Source: Gemmatimonadales bacterium (GTDB lineage Bacteria; Gemmatimonadota; Gemmatimonadetes; Gemmatimonadales; GWC2-71-9). Taken from it: DNA of 64,000 nucleotides. Below the pieces are notes generated by a model, which saw only the letters and a program-made list of their open reading frames with translations, made no database searches and had not been told where the DNA came from. Numbering within the stretch: position 1 is the stretch's first letter; each line of letters opens with the position of its first letter. The stretch spans positions 238 through 64,237 of the forward strand of contig JBDSMX010000285.1 in NCBI GenBank assembly GCA_039915645.1, written 5' to 3'. Shown here in pieces: positions 18,611 to 26,704 of this stretch. Position numbers and translations under genes: made by a program.

Positions 18611-20545
18611 ATGGCCGCTTCCACCGGCACCCCGTTCGTCCTGTCGCCCTCGGCTGACCCGTCCCGCTGGACGGTTCGCGATGCCGAGAAGCTCTACAAC
18701 ATGCAGGGCTGGGGTCTGGGCTATTTCCGGATCAGTGAGGAAGGCCACGTGATGGTGCATCCGGATGGTGCAGCCACCGGCGGCATTGATCTCTATCACA
18801 TCGCGATGGACCTCAGCGCCCAGGGCGTCGGTCTCCCGCTCCTGCTCCGCTTCTCCGACATCCTTCGCTCGCGCATCGCGGAACTCGCCGAGCGATTCCG
18901 CGTCGCGATCGACGACTTCGGGTACGAAGGGAAGTACACCACGGTCTATCCGGTAAAGGTCAATCAGCAGCGCCACGTCGTCCAGGAGATCGTCGAGTTC
19001 GGCACCCCGCACGGTGTCGGGCTCGAGTGCGGCTCGAAGCCCGAGTTGATGGCGGTCCTCGGCCTCAACGAGAGTGCACGCCACCTGATCATCTGCAATG
19101 GTTACAAGGATGAGGAGTTCATGCGCCTCGCCCTGATCGGGCAGCAGCTCGGTCACAAGGTGGTCATCGTACTGGAGCAGCTCAACGAACTCGAAGTCCT
19201 GCTCAAGGTCGCCGATGAGATGCAGATCGAGCCGACCGTGGGTGTCCGCATCAAGCTTGCGACCGAGGGTTCGGGGCGTTGGGCCAAGAGCGGCGGGGAG
19301 AAGTCGAAGTTCGGGCTCTCGGCCGTCGAACTGGTCCGCCTGCTTGACACCCTCGAGACGGTCGGCAAGAAGCACATCCTCAAGCTGGTCCACTTCCATC
19401 TCGGATCGCAGATCACCGACATCCGGTTCGTGAAGGCAGGGCTCGAGGAGGTTGGCCGGTACTACGTCGAACTCCGCAAGATGGGCTTCGAGATCGACTA
19501 CGTCGATGTCGGCGGCGGACTCGGCGTCGACTACGACGGATCGCGCAGCACCCGGCCGGCGTCGATGAACTACACCATGCGCGAGTACGCGAATGACGTG
19601 GTGTACACCATTGGCGGCGTCTGTCGGAACGAAGAGCTGCCGATGCCGCACCTGATCTCGGAATCGGGGCGGGCGATCACTGCCCACCACTCGCTGCTGC
19701 TCATCAACGTGATCGATTGCGAGTCGCAGAACCAGTCAGCGCCCGTCGTGCTTACCGATGACGCCCAGCCGCTGCTGATCGAGATGCAGGAGAACCTCGA
19801 CACCCTCAGCCCGGACCGGATCGAGGAAGCATTTCACGATGCGGTCTTCGCCAAGGAACGCTCGCAGGAGCTCTTCGCGAGCGGCGTCTATTCCCTTCGC
19901 GACCGCGCGAATGCCGAGCAGCTCTACATCACGACGCTGAACGCGCTGGCTGCTTCGATGGGTGATGACCGGGCGTCCTATCCCGAGTTGGCGGCCCATC
20001 TCGAAATCGCGCTCGTCGACCGCTACTTCTGCAATTTCTCGCTCTTCCAGTCGCTGCCCGACAACTGGGCCATCGATCAGCTCTTCCCGATCATGCCGAT
20101 CCATCGTCTCGGCGAGATGCCGGCACGCCGCGGCACCATCCAGGATGTGACCTGCGATTCCGACGGCGTCATCGATCGATTCACTGGCGGACGGAAGGGG
20201 AAACCCTCGCTGGAGCTGCATCCGTGGCGGGAAGGGGAGCCCTACATCCTCGGCATCTTCCTCACCGGCGCCTATCAGGAGATTCTCGGCGATCTGCACA
20301 ACCTTTTCGGTGACACCAACGCCGTGCACGTCCGCCAGAAGGACGATGGCTACGAGATCACCGACCTGGTCCACGGCGACACCGTGACGGAAGTGCTCAC
20401 CTACGTGCAGTTTCACGCCTCCGACCTGCTGGCGACCTTCCGCCGCAAGGTGAATCGCGCGAGCGAATTGTCGCGGCAGCAAGCGAACGCGTACATCGCC
20501 GATTATGTCGCAGGGCTTGAGGGGTATACCTATCTCGAGGAGTAA
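18611..20545 (+). CDS. speA: Biosynthetic arginine decarboxylase
   Basis: 'WTVRDAEKLYNMQGWGLGYFRISEEGHVMV' and 'YTTVYPVKVNQQRHVV' are typical of SpeA, as is the length of about 644 aa. ATG 18611 is preceded by AGGAG. The ORF track begins one codon earlier at TTG 18608. Confidence 0.92.
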   Translation: MAASTGTPFVLSPSADPSRWTVRDAEKLYNMQGWGLGYFRISEEGHVMVHPDGAATGGIDLYHIAMDLSAQGVGLPLLLRFSDILRSRIAELAERFRVAIDDFGYEGKYTTVYPVKVNQQRHVVQEIVEFGTPHGVGLECGSKPELMAVLGLNESARHLIICNGYKDEEFMRLALIGQQLGHKVVIVLEQLNELEVLLKVADEMQIEPTVGVRIKLATEGSGRWAKSGGEKSKFGLSAVELVRLLDTLETVGKKHILKLVHFHLGSQITDIRFVKAGLEEVGRYYVELRKMGFEIDYVDVGGGLGVDYDGSRSTRPASMNYTMREYANDVVYTIGGVCRNEELPMPHLISESGRAITAHHSLLLINVIDCESQNQSAPVVLTDDAQPLLIEMQENLDTLSPDRIEEAFHDAVFAKERSQELFASGVYSLRDRANAEQLYITTLNALAASMGDDRASYPELAAHLEIALVDRYFCNFSLFQSLPDNWAIDQLFPIMPIHRLGEMPARRGTIQDVTCDSDGVIDRFTGGRKGKPSLELHPWREGEPYILGIFLTGAYQEILGDLHNLFGDTNAVHVRQKDDGYEITDLVHGDTVTEVLTYVQFHASDLLATFRRKVNRASELSRQQANAYIADYVAGLEGYTYLEE

Positions 20546-20547
20546 CA

Positions 20548-20590
20548 CGAGAAGCGAGAAGCGAGAAGCGAGAAGCGAGAAGCGAGGAAG
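20548..20590. repeat. Tandem heptamer array (CGAGAAG)x5 plus one degenerate unit, ending 2 nt before the cyclophilin start codon
   Basis: There are five perfect CGAGAAG units at 20548-20582, then CGAGGAAG. The array fills essentially the whole speA-ppi intergenic spacer (20546-20591). Confidence 0.9.
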
Positions 20591-20591
20591 T

Positions 20592-21185
20592 ATGCGGATA
20601 GCGAAGTGGGCAGCTCCAGGGATCGTCGTCATTTCCCTTGCGACACCGCTCGCGGCCCAGCGGTCGGCGGGGATCGTGCCGCTGGTGGTGAAGACGTCGC
20701 TCGGCGATATCGGCGTCGACATCGATAGCGCGCACGCGCCGCGCACGGCCACTAACTTCCTGCGATACGTCGACGCGGGGCGCTTCCGCGGCGGGCAGTT
20801 CCACCGCACCGTTACGCTGCAGAACCAACCCGACTCACCCGTCAAGATCGAAGTGATCCAGGGCTCCGTCGCGCCAGAGCGGGTGCGAGATGATTTCCCG
20901 CCGATCGCCATGGAAGGGACCCGGACCACCGGCCTACGCCACGTCGACGGCACCCTCTCGATGGCCCGGGCCGGCGCCAACAGTGCGACGTCGAGTTTCT
21001 TCATCACCATCGGCCCCCAGCCCGAACTGGACGCAGGCGGCAAGCGCAATCCCGATGGCGAGGGGTTCGCCGCCTTCGGCCGGGTCACCAGCGGAATGGA
21101 GATTGTCCGGGCTATTCAGCGCGCTCCTGCGAACGGGCAGGCGCTGACGCCGGCGATCCGCATCACTGATGTCGTGAGGAGGTAG
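20592..21185 (+). CDS. Periplasmic cyclophilin-type peptidyl-prolyl cis-trans isomerase
   Basis: Signal peptide 'MRIAKWAAPGIVVISLATPLAAQ'. Cyclophilin motifs 'FHRTV' and 'GTLSMARAGANSATSSFFITIG'. Confidence 0.88.
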   Translation: MRIAKWAAPGIVVISLATPLAAQRSAGIVPLVVKTSLGDIGVDIDSAHAPRTATNFLRYVDAGRFRGGQFHRTVTLQNQPDSPVKIEVIQGSVAPERVRDDFPPIAMEGTRTTGLRHVDGTLSMARAGANSATSSFFITIGPQPELDAGGKRNPDGEGFAAFGRVTSGMEIVRAIQRAPANGQALTPAIRITDVVRR

Positions 21186-21221
21186 GACGAGAAGGGAGAA
21201 GCCCTTCTCCCTTCTCGTCCT
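21184..21221. terminator. 18-bp perfect inverted repeat filling the ppi/gltA convergent spacer (bidirectional terminator candidate)
   Basis: aggacgagaagggagaag-cc-cttctcccttctcgtcct. The left arm starts inside the ppi stop codon. The arms contain the same CGAGAAG core as the upstream heptamer array. Confidence 0.6.
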
Positions 21222-21225
21222 TCGC

Positions 21226-22509
21226 CTACCGCCCCTTCATCTCGACAAAGTTCCGCTCCGCCGGCCCGGTGTAGATCTGCCGCGGGCGGGCAATCTTCTG
21301 TTCCTTGTCGGTGATCATCTCTTCCCACTGGGCCAGCCAGCCAGGCAGGCGACCGAGCGAAAAGAGGACGGTGAAGTAGTCGGTGGGATATCCCATCGCC
21401 TGGTAGATCAAGCCGGAATAGAAATCGACGTTCGGGTAGAGCTTCCGCTTGATGAAGTATTCGTCCTCGAGGGCAATTCGTTCGAGTTCAAGAGCGATTT
21501 CGAGCTTCGGGTTGAGTCCCGTCTGCGCGAAGACATCGTTGGCAACGCCCTTGATCAGCTTGGCGCGCGGGTCGTACGACTTGTAGACCCGATGGCCGAA
21601 GCCCATCAGCCGATCGCCGCCGTTCTTCACCTCTTCGATGAACTTCGGGATCCGGTCCTTGGTGCCGATCTCGTCGAGCATCCGGAGCACGGCTTCGTTG
21701 GCGCCGCCATGCAGCGGGCCGTAGAGGGCCGCAATGCCGGCCGAGACGGCAGAGAACGGATCGACGCCGGAGGAGCCCACGGCGCGGACGGCGCTGGTGG
21801 AACAGTTCTGCTCGTGGTCGGCGTGCAGGATCAGCAGAATTTCAAGCGCACGCTGCAGCACGGGATTGGGCTGATGCTTGCCCCCGATGCTGAAGGTCAT
21901 GTTGACGAAGTTGCCGATGTAGTCGACATCGTTCCGCGGGAACTCGTATGGCAGGCCGCGCGAGTGGCGGAAGCAGAACGCGGCGATGGTCGGGAGTTTG
22001 GCCATCAGGCGAACGCGCTGGATGTAGCGGTTCTCCGGATCTTCGATGTTCTTCGCGTCAGGATAGAACGTCGAGAGCGCGCCGACGATGCCGAGCAGCA
22101 TCCCCATCGGATGGGCGTCGTAGCGGAATCCCTCGAGCAGCTTGATGATGTTCGTGTGAACGTAGGTGTGATAGCGGATGTCGTTGGTCCACTTGTCGAG
22201 CTGGGGCTGCGTGGGCAGCTCGCCGGCGTTGAGCAAGTAGGCCACTTCGAGGAAGGTGGCCTTCTCGGCGACCTGCTCGATCGGGAACCCGCGGTAACGG
22301 AGAATTCCCTTGTCGCCATCGATGTAGGTGATGGCACTGCGACAGGAGGCGGTGTTCATGAACGCCGGGTCGTAGGTCATCATCCCGAAGTCGTCGGCGT
22401 TCACCTTGATCTGGCGCAGGTCGATCGCCTTGATGGTGTCGTCAACGATGGGAAGCTCGTAGGCTTTCCCAGTGCGGTTGTCGGTAATGGACAGGCTGTC
22501 GCTCGCCAC
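21226..22509 (-). CDS. gltA: Citrate synthase
   Basis: 'ITYIDGDKGILRYRGFPIEQ', 'GPLHGGANE' and 'MGFGHRVYKSYDPRA' are citrate synthase signatures. GTG 22509 gives 427 aa. The ORF-track extension to 23049 is Arg/Ser/Ala-rich. Confidence 0.92.
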   Translation of the reverse strand: MASDSLSITDNRTGKAYELPIVDDTIKAIDLRQIKVNADDFGMMTYDPAFMNTASCRSAITYIDGDKGILRYRGFPIEQVAEKATFLEVAYLLNAGELPTQPQLDKWTNDIRYHTYVHTNIIKLLEGFRYDAHPMGMLLGIVGALSTFYPDAKNIEDPENRYIQRVRLMAKLPTIAAFCFRHSRGLPYEFPRNDVDYIGNFVNMTFSIGGKHQPNPVLQRALEILLILHADHEQNCSTSAVRAVGSSGVDPFSAVSAGIAALYGPLHGGANEAVLRMLDEIGTKDRIPKFIEEVKNGGDRLMGFGHRVYKSYDPRAKLIKGVANDVFAQTGLNPKLEIALELERIALEDEYFIKRKLYPNVDFYSGLIYQAMGYPTDYFTVLFSLGRLPGWLAQWEEMITDKEQKIARPRQIYTGPAERNFVEMKGR

Positions 22510-22612
22510 GGACGGGCCCCTGTAAAGGAGGGTGGAGCGTGATGCCGAAAGAGCTGGCACCGGAAATCTACACGGGGCTGGAACCGGCGCTGACCTCCCG
22601 TATCTTGTCGGG

Positions 22613-23521
22613 ATGACTGGCCACCGGCTTCCCACTGATCCGACGCGTGCCGAGCGGTGCGAAGGCTTCCTCGTGGGTGCCGTCCTGGGCTCGGCGCTGG
22701 CGGCCAGGACCGCAGACCTGACCGATCCGCAGGCGATCCGCGAGCGGCTGGGAGCGGCGCTTCCACCCGCCCCGACGCCCCTGCCGGACGGCACCCGTCG
22801 GGCCGCAACCGCGCTTGCGGACGCGCTGCTGGAACAACTCGTCGCTGGAGGGGTCGATTTGCGGCAGCTGACGAGGCGATGGGTCGATTGGCGGGCCGCG
22901 GAAGGCACCGACGTCGACCCCCTCCTGGCGCGCGCGTTCGACCATCTCCGGGATTTCGATGCTCCGATCGAGTCGCTGCCGCGCCCAGGGATCGCGCCAC
23001 TCGCCGCAGCCCTCCCGGCCGCGCTCGCCAGTTCGTCACCCCAGGCCATGATCGCGGGTGCCTTTCATGTGGCGCGACTACTCGATCCGAGCGAAGAGTC
23101 CGCCCTCGCAACGGTCGCGGTGGTGGTCGCCGCATCGCGGTTCCTCGAAGGCAGCCGCGATTTTCTTCCTGACGTCATTGCCGTGTTACGGGCCAACGAT
23201 GCTCCGACTGCGCTCCTCGACGCCGTGCGCCTGATCCCTCGCGATCCCGGAACGCCGCCTCCTACTCCGTTGGGCGAGACTCCATCCCCCACAGTAGCGC
23301 TCACCTGGCTGCTCTGGACGGCGCACCATCGTCCACGGGCGCTCGATGTCCTCACCACAATGACATTGCACGGTGGCATTTCGTCGACCATCGGTGCCGT
23401 GCTCGGCGCGCTACTCGGCGCGCGGGACGGCCTCACCATCTGGCCCGCCACCTGGCTCGAGGCTGGCGCGGAGGAGATCACCCTCAGGGCAGCGCTGGCG
23501 CGTCGGATCTCTGCGAGCTAG
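22613..23521 (+). CDS. ADP-ribosylglycohydrolase-family-like protein, probably lacking the metal-binding Asp residues
   Basis: N-terminal 'CEGFLVGAVLGSALAA' and C-terminal 'HGGISSTIGAVLGALLGARDGLTIWPATW' resemble the family's GDALG and GGDTDT blocks, but with the Asp residues replaced. The family call comes from motif memory. Confidence 0.4.
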   Translation: MTGHRLPTDPTRAERCEGFLVGAVLGSALAARTADLTDPQAIRERLGAALPPAPTPLPDGTRRAATALADALLEQLVAGGVDLRQLTRRWVDWRAAEGTDVDPLLARAFDHLRDFDAPIESLPRPGIAPLAAALPAALASSSPQAMIAGAFHVARLLDPSEESALATVAVVVAASRFLEGSRDFLPDVIAVLRANDAPTALLDAVRLIPRDPGTPPPTPLGETPSPTVALTWLLWTAHHRPRALDVLTTMTLHGGISSTIGAVLGALLGARDGLTIWPATWLEAGAEEITLRAALARRISAS

Positions 23522-23622
23522 CCCGGCGCTCTATTTCTGACACCCCGCTGACAGCAGCACTCCCGTGGCGTCGGTATCGTTGGCTTCACCACGCCTGACG
23601 ACCCGAAGCCCGGAACTTCAGC

Positions 23623-24108
23623 ATGCCGGAAGCCGACCTCGCTCCCGTACCTCTCGATCGCGTCGTGCGCGCCGGCCTCGCGGCTGGAGCACTCGATCTG
23701 GTGTTGGCGCTGGGGATTACCTTCGCCGTTCGAGGCACTATCGTGCCCGGCAAGGTGCTGCAGTCAATCGCGGCTGGTGCGGTGGGCGATGCCGCCAAGG
23801 AAGGGGGCGTGCGAATCTGGGCCGCAGGCGCCGTGCTGCATTTTACCATCGCGCTCATCTGGGCCGCGATCTACGCCTTCTCGACCCGGCGACTTCCCCC
23901 GGTTCGCTCACTTCGGATGGCGTTGGGCCCAGCACGAACCGGACTCCTCTTCGGCCTGGTGGTCTGGGCGTCGATGCGCTTCATCGTGGTGCCGCTCTCG
24001 CACGCACCGAGCAACGCGTTCAAGTTCTCCGCCGTGATGGTGGCGATGGTCGTCGGTCACATGGTGATGATCGGACTCCCCATCGCCCTGATCAGCGAGC
24101 GCGACTAG
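23623..24108 (+). CDS. Small integral membrane protein (about 4 TM helices), unknown function
   Basis: 161-aa ORF with hydrophobic segments such as 'AGLAAGALDLVLALGITFAV', 'WAAGAVLHFTIALIWAAIYAF' and 'LLFGLVVWASMRFIVVPL'. Confidence 0.6.
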   Translation: MPEADLAPVPLDRVVRAGLAAGALDLVLALGITFAVRGTIVPGKVLQSIAAGAVGDAAKEGGVRIWAAGAVLHFTIALIWAAIYAFSTRRLPPVRSLRMALGPARTGLLFGLVVWASMRFIVVPLSHAPSNAFKFSAVMVAMVVGHMVMIGLPIALISERD

Positions 24109-25970
24109 CGCGCGTCGGGTTCGCGGACCATCCCCTCCTCAAGCCAGGCGAACTCGCCCGCCATCACCGCCTGCGCCGTGCGATAGGTTGCAACATCATC
24201 CGGGCCGAACGTCTCACCAAACAGGATGTCGACCCGATTCGCCGCGTGCCGGCAGAAGATGTCGGCAAGCTCCGTCGCGTTGCGATTGCCCGACGTCGTC
24301 AGCGCGTCGGCACGCGAGACTGCCGCGCTCATAGCGAGCAACTCGGCGCCGATGTCAACCAGCCGGAAGAGGACCGACTGCCGCTGCTCCAGCTTGGGTC
24401 CGAACCGGACCATCGCGTGGAAAAGGGTCCGCGCCAGCTTGGCGGAACGCCGCTCTACAAAGCGCATATGTCTGGCGAGTGGCCCGAATTCGCCGTGCTT
24501 GAGAAAGGCCACACCGAACCAGAGCCGTGGGTACCATCCAGCATAGAAGATCCCGGCGCGAAGCAGACTCTTCAACTTTGTCGAAGTGGTGGCCTTGGGG
24601 TCGATGAGATCGCCCGCAACTTTCAGGTGGGTATCCACCGCCTCGCGGGCGATGAAGAGTCGCATGATTTCGCTCGACCCCTCGAAGATCCGGTTGATAC
24701 GGAAGTCCCGATACATCCGCTCCACCGGATCGGGCCGCTCGCCACGCAGGCGCAGCGAATCCGCCGTCTCGTAGCCACGACCGCCCTTGATCTGCAGGCA
24801 GTCGTCGATGATCCGGTCGCCCATCTCCGAATTCCAGAGCTTCGCGAGTGCGGCCTCGAGCCGGATGTCGGCGTCACCGCGGTCGGCGAGCAGCGATGCG
24901 AGGTCGCTGACCGCCTGCATCGCGAAGGTGTCCGCGGCCATGGTGCCCAGCATCTGCGCAACAGCATCGTGCTTCCCGATCGGCTTCCCCCACTGAACCC
25001 GTTCGGCGGCCCAGCGTCGGGTGATCTCGAGTGCGCGCTTGGCGCCGGCCGCGCACGACGCCGGTAGCGTGAGCCGCCCGGTGTTGAGCGTCGTGAGGGC
25101 GAGCTTCAATCCTTTCCCCTCACCCCAGATCACATTGTTCGCCGGTACCCGCACGTTGGTGAAGCGAAGCACGCCGTTCTCGATTGCCTTGAGCCCCATG
25201 AAGTGCAGCCGATGGACGAGTTCCACGCCCGGCCAGTCAGACTCGACCACGAACGCCGTGATCCGCTTCCCGGTGCGTGCCATCACCACCATCACTTCGG
25301 CGATCGGGCCGTTGGTGCACCAGAGCTTCTCGCCGTTGAGGATCCAGTGCGTCCCGTCTTCGCTCTTCTCGGCATGCGTGGCAACGCCTGCGGGATCGGA
25401 GCCGACCTGCCGCTCGGTCAGCGCAAAGGCCGAGATGGCGCCGAGCGCGAGCCGGGGCAGATAGCGCTGCTTCTGCTCCTCGGTGCCGAAGAGCTGGAGC
25501 GGAACCGCGACACCGATCGACTGCGAGGCCGAGAGGAGTGCCGTGAGCGAGCCATCGTGCGAGGTCACCATCGCGATCGCGTGGGTGTAGGAAAGCTGCG
25601 AGAGGCCAAGCCCGCCGTACGACTCCGGAATCTTGATACCGAAGGCGCCCAGCGCGCGCAGTCCCTCGATGACCTCGTCGGGGATCTTTCCCTCACGGTC
25701 GATCCGGTCGCTGTCGACGTTGGCGTGCAGGAATGCCTCGAGTGCCGAGAGAAAGGGCGTCGCCTTCTCGACCTCACTGGCTTGCGGCGCGGGAAAGGGA
25801 TGGATCAGGTCGAGGCGCAGTCGCCCTTCGAAGAGCTCGCGCACGAAGCTCGGCGCGCTCCACTCGGTCTCGCGCGCCGCCTCGGCGACTGCGCGAGCCT
25901 CGTCGACACTCGGCGCCACGTGCGGCGCAGGCGAAGTGACGGGAGGCGTGGGCTGGAGCACATCGGTCAT
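24105..25970 (-). CDS. Long (VLCAD-type) acyl-CoA dehydrogenase
   Basis: ACAD motifs 'FALTERQVGSDPAG', 'WCTNGPIAEVMVVMA' and 'QIKGGRGYETA...RDFRINRIFEGSSEIM'. ATG 25970 overlaps the TetR stop (ATGA). Confidence 0.9.
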   Translation of the reverse strand: MTDVLQPTPPVTSPAPHVAPSVDEARAVAEAARETEWSAPSFVRELFEGRLRLDLIHPFPAPQASEVEKATPFLSALEAFLHANVDSDRIDREGKIPDEVIEGLRALGAFGIKIPESYGGLGLSQLSYTHAIAMVTSHDGSLTALLSASQSIGVAVPLQLFGTEEQKQRYLPRLALGAISAFALTERQVGSDPAGVATHAEKSEDGTHWILNGEKLWCTNGPIAEVMVVMARTGKRITAFVVESDWPGVELVHRLHFMGLKAIENGVLRFTNVRVPANNVIWGEGKGLKLALTTLNTGRLTLPASCAAGAKRALEITRRWAAERVQWGKPIGKHDAVAQMLGTMAADTFAMQAVSDLASLLADRGDADIRLEAALAKLWNSEMGDRIIDDCLQIKGGRGYETADSLRLRGERPDPVERMYRDFRINRIFEGSSEIMRLFIAREAVDTHLKVAGDLIDPKATTSTKLKSLLRAGIFYAGWYPRLWFGVAFLKHGEFGPLARHMRFVERRSAKLARTLFHAMVRFGPKLEQRQSVLFRLVDIGAELLAMSAAVSRADALTTSGNRNATELADIFCRHAANRVDILFGETFGPDDVATYRTAQAVMAGEFAWLEEGMVREPDAR

Positions 25971-26638
25971 CGTGGACTCCGTCGAGCGGAAGGGGTGCGC
26001 CGGGGCGGCAAGGCGCCGAGGAGCAGGGCGGTGATGTGCTTCTTGCGCGCCGCGCTGAATCGCGGATCCTCGGCATCGAATCCGATCGCCGGGATCAGCG
26101 TGGTGGCGTGGATCAGCGGAAACCATGTGAGGGCGATCAACGACAGGAAGACGTGCATGGCAGCGGTTCGGGCACGGGGCGGAAAGCCCAGCTCCTGCGC
26201 CAGCGCGGCAACCGCTTCGGCCCCGACGGCCTGGCCCAGCGGAAGCGTGCCCAGGTCGGCGGCCTCGCCGAGCGCCTGTCGCTGAATCAGGCGCACGAAC
26301 TTGGGATGAGCGGCAACGAAATCGACATAGTCACTGACTGCCCCTTCAAGGACGTCGGCGGCAGGTCGCGCGCTGCGCATCGCCCGGGCCCGCCCCACGC
26401 GGACGGCATCGAGGGCGTCCGCAAAAGCCCGGTCGATCACGGCACGATAGAGCTCGGCCTTCGAACGGAAGAAGTACCCCGGGGTGCCGCGCGAGACTCC
26501 CGCCTGCGCGCCGACGTCGGCCATCGAGGTGGCGGCGAAACCGCGTTCCGAGAAGAGCGTCTCGGCGGCGTCGAGCACGGCGCTGCGAGTGCGTTCGGCG
26601 TCACGCGATCTGGGCGGAGCGGCGGCACGAGGCATCAT
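25967..26638 (-). CDS. TetR/AcrR-family transcriptional regulator
   Basis: The HTH region 'RSAVLDAAETLFSERGFAATSMADVGAQAGVSRGTPGYFFRSKAELY' is present. It is translationally coupled to the acyl-CoA dehydrogenase. Confidence 0.9.
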   Translation of the reverse strand: MMPRAAAPPRSRDAERTRSAVLDAAETLFSERGFAATSMADVGAQAGVSRGTPGYFFRSKAELYRAVIDRAFADALDAVRVGRARAMRSARPAADVLEGAVSDYVDFVAAHPKFVRLIQRQALGEAADLGTLPLGQAVGAEAVAALAQELGFPPRARTAAMHVFLSLIALTWFPLIHATTLIPAIGFDAEDPRFSAARKKHITALLLGALPPRRTPSARRSPR

Positions 26639-26647
26639 CAACTCCGG

Positions 26648-26673
26648 TAACTTGCTTGTTGATTAGCAAGTTA
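26648..26673. promoter_or_regulatory. Palindromic operator candidate (TetR autoregulation)
   Basis: TAACTTGCT-tgttgatt-AGCAAGTTA is a perfect 9-bp inverted repeat. It lies 10 bp upstream of the TetR start codon, in AT-richer DNA. Confidence 0.55.
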
Positions 26674-26704
26674 TCCCTGCTGGCCTCACCCTCGCAACGC
26701 AGCC

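Noticed and set aside
18425-19690. The upstream 420 codons of the 727-aa minus-strand ORF that contains yfcH
   Set aside because: Only the last ~300 aa resemble the YfcH family, and they start with a clean Rossmann motif after ATG 18412. The upstream part is antisense to speA and compositionally aberrant.
20548-20590. Possible CRISPR or minisatellite
   Set aside because: The units are 7 bp with no spacers, and there are no cas genes in the window. It is a simple tandem repeat, reported as a repeat and not as a CRISPR array.
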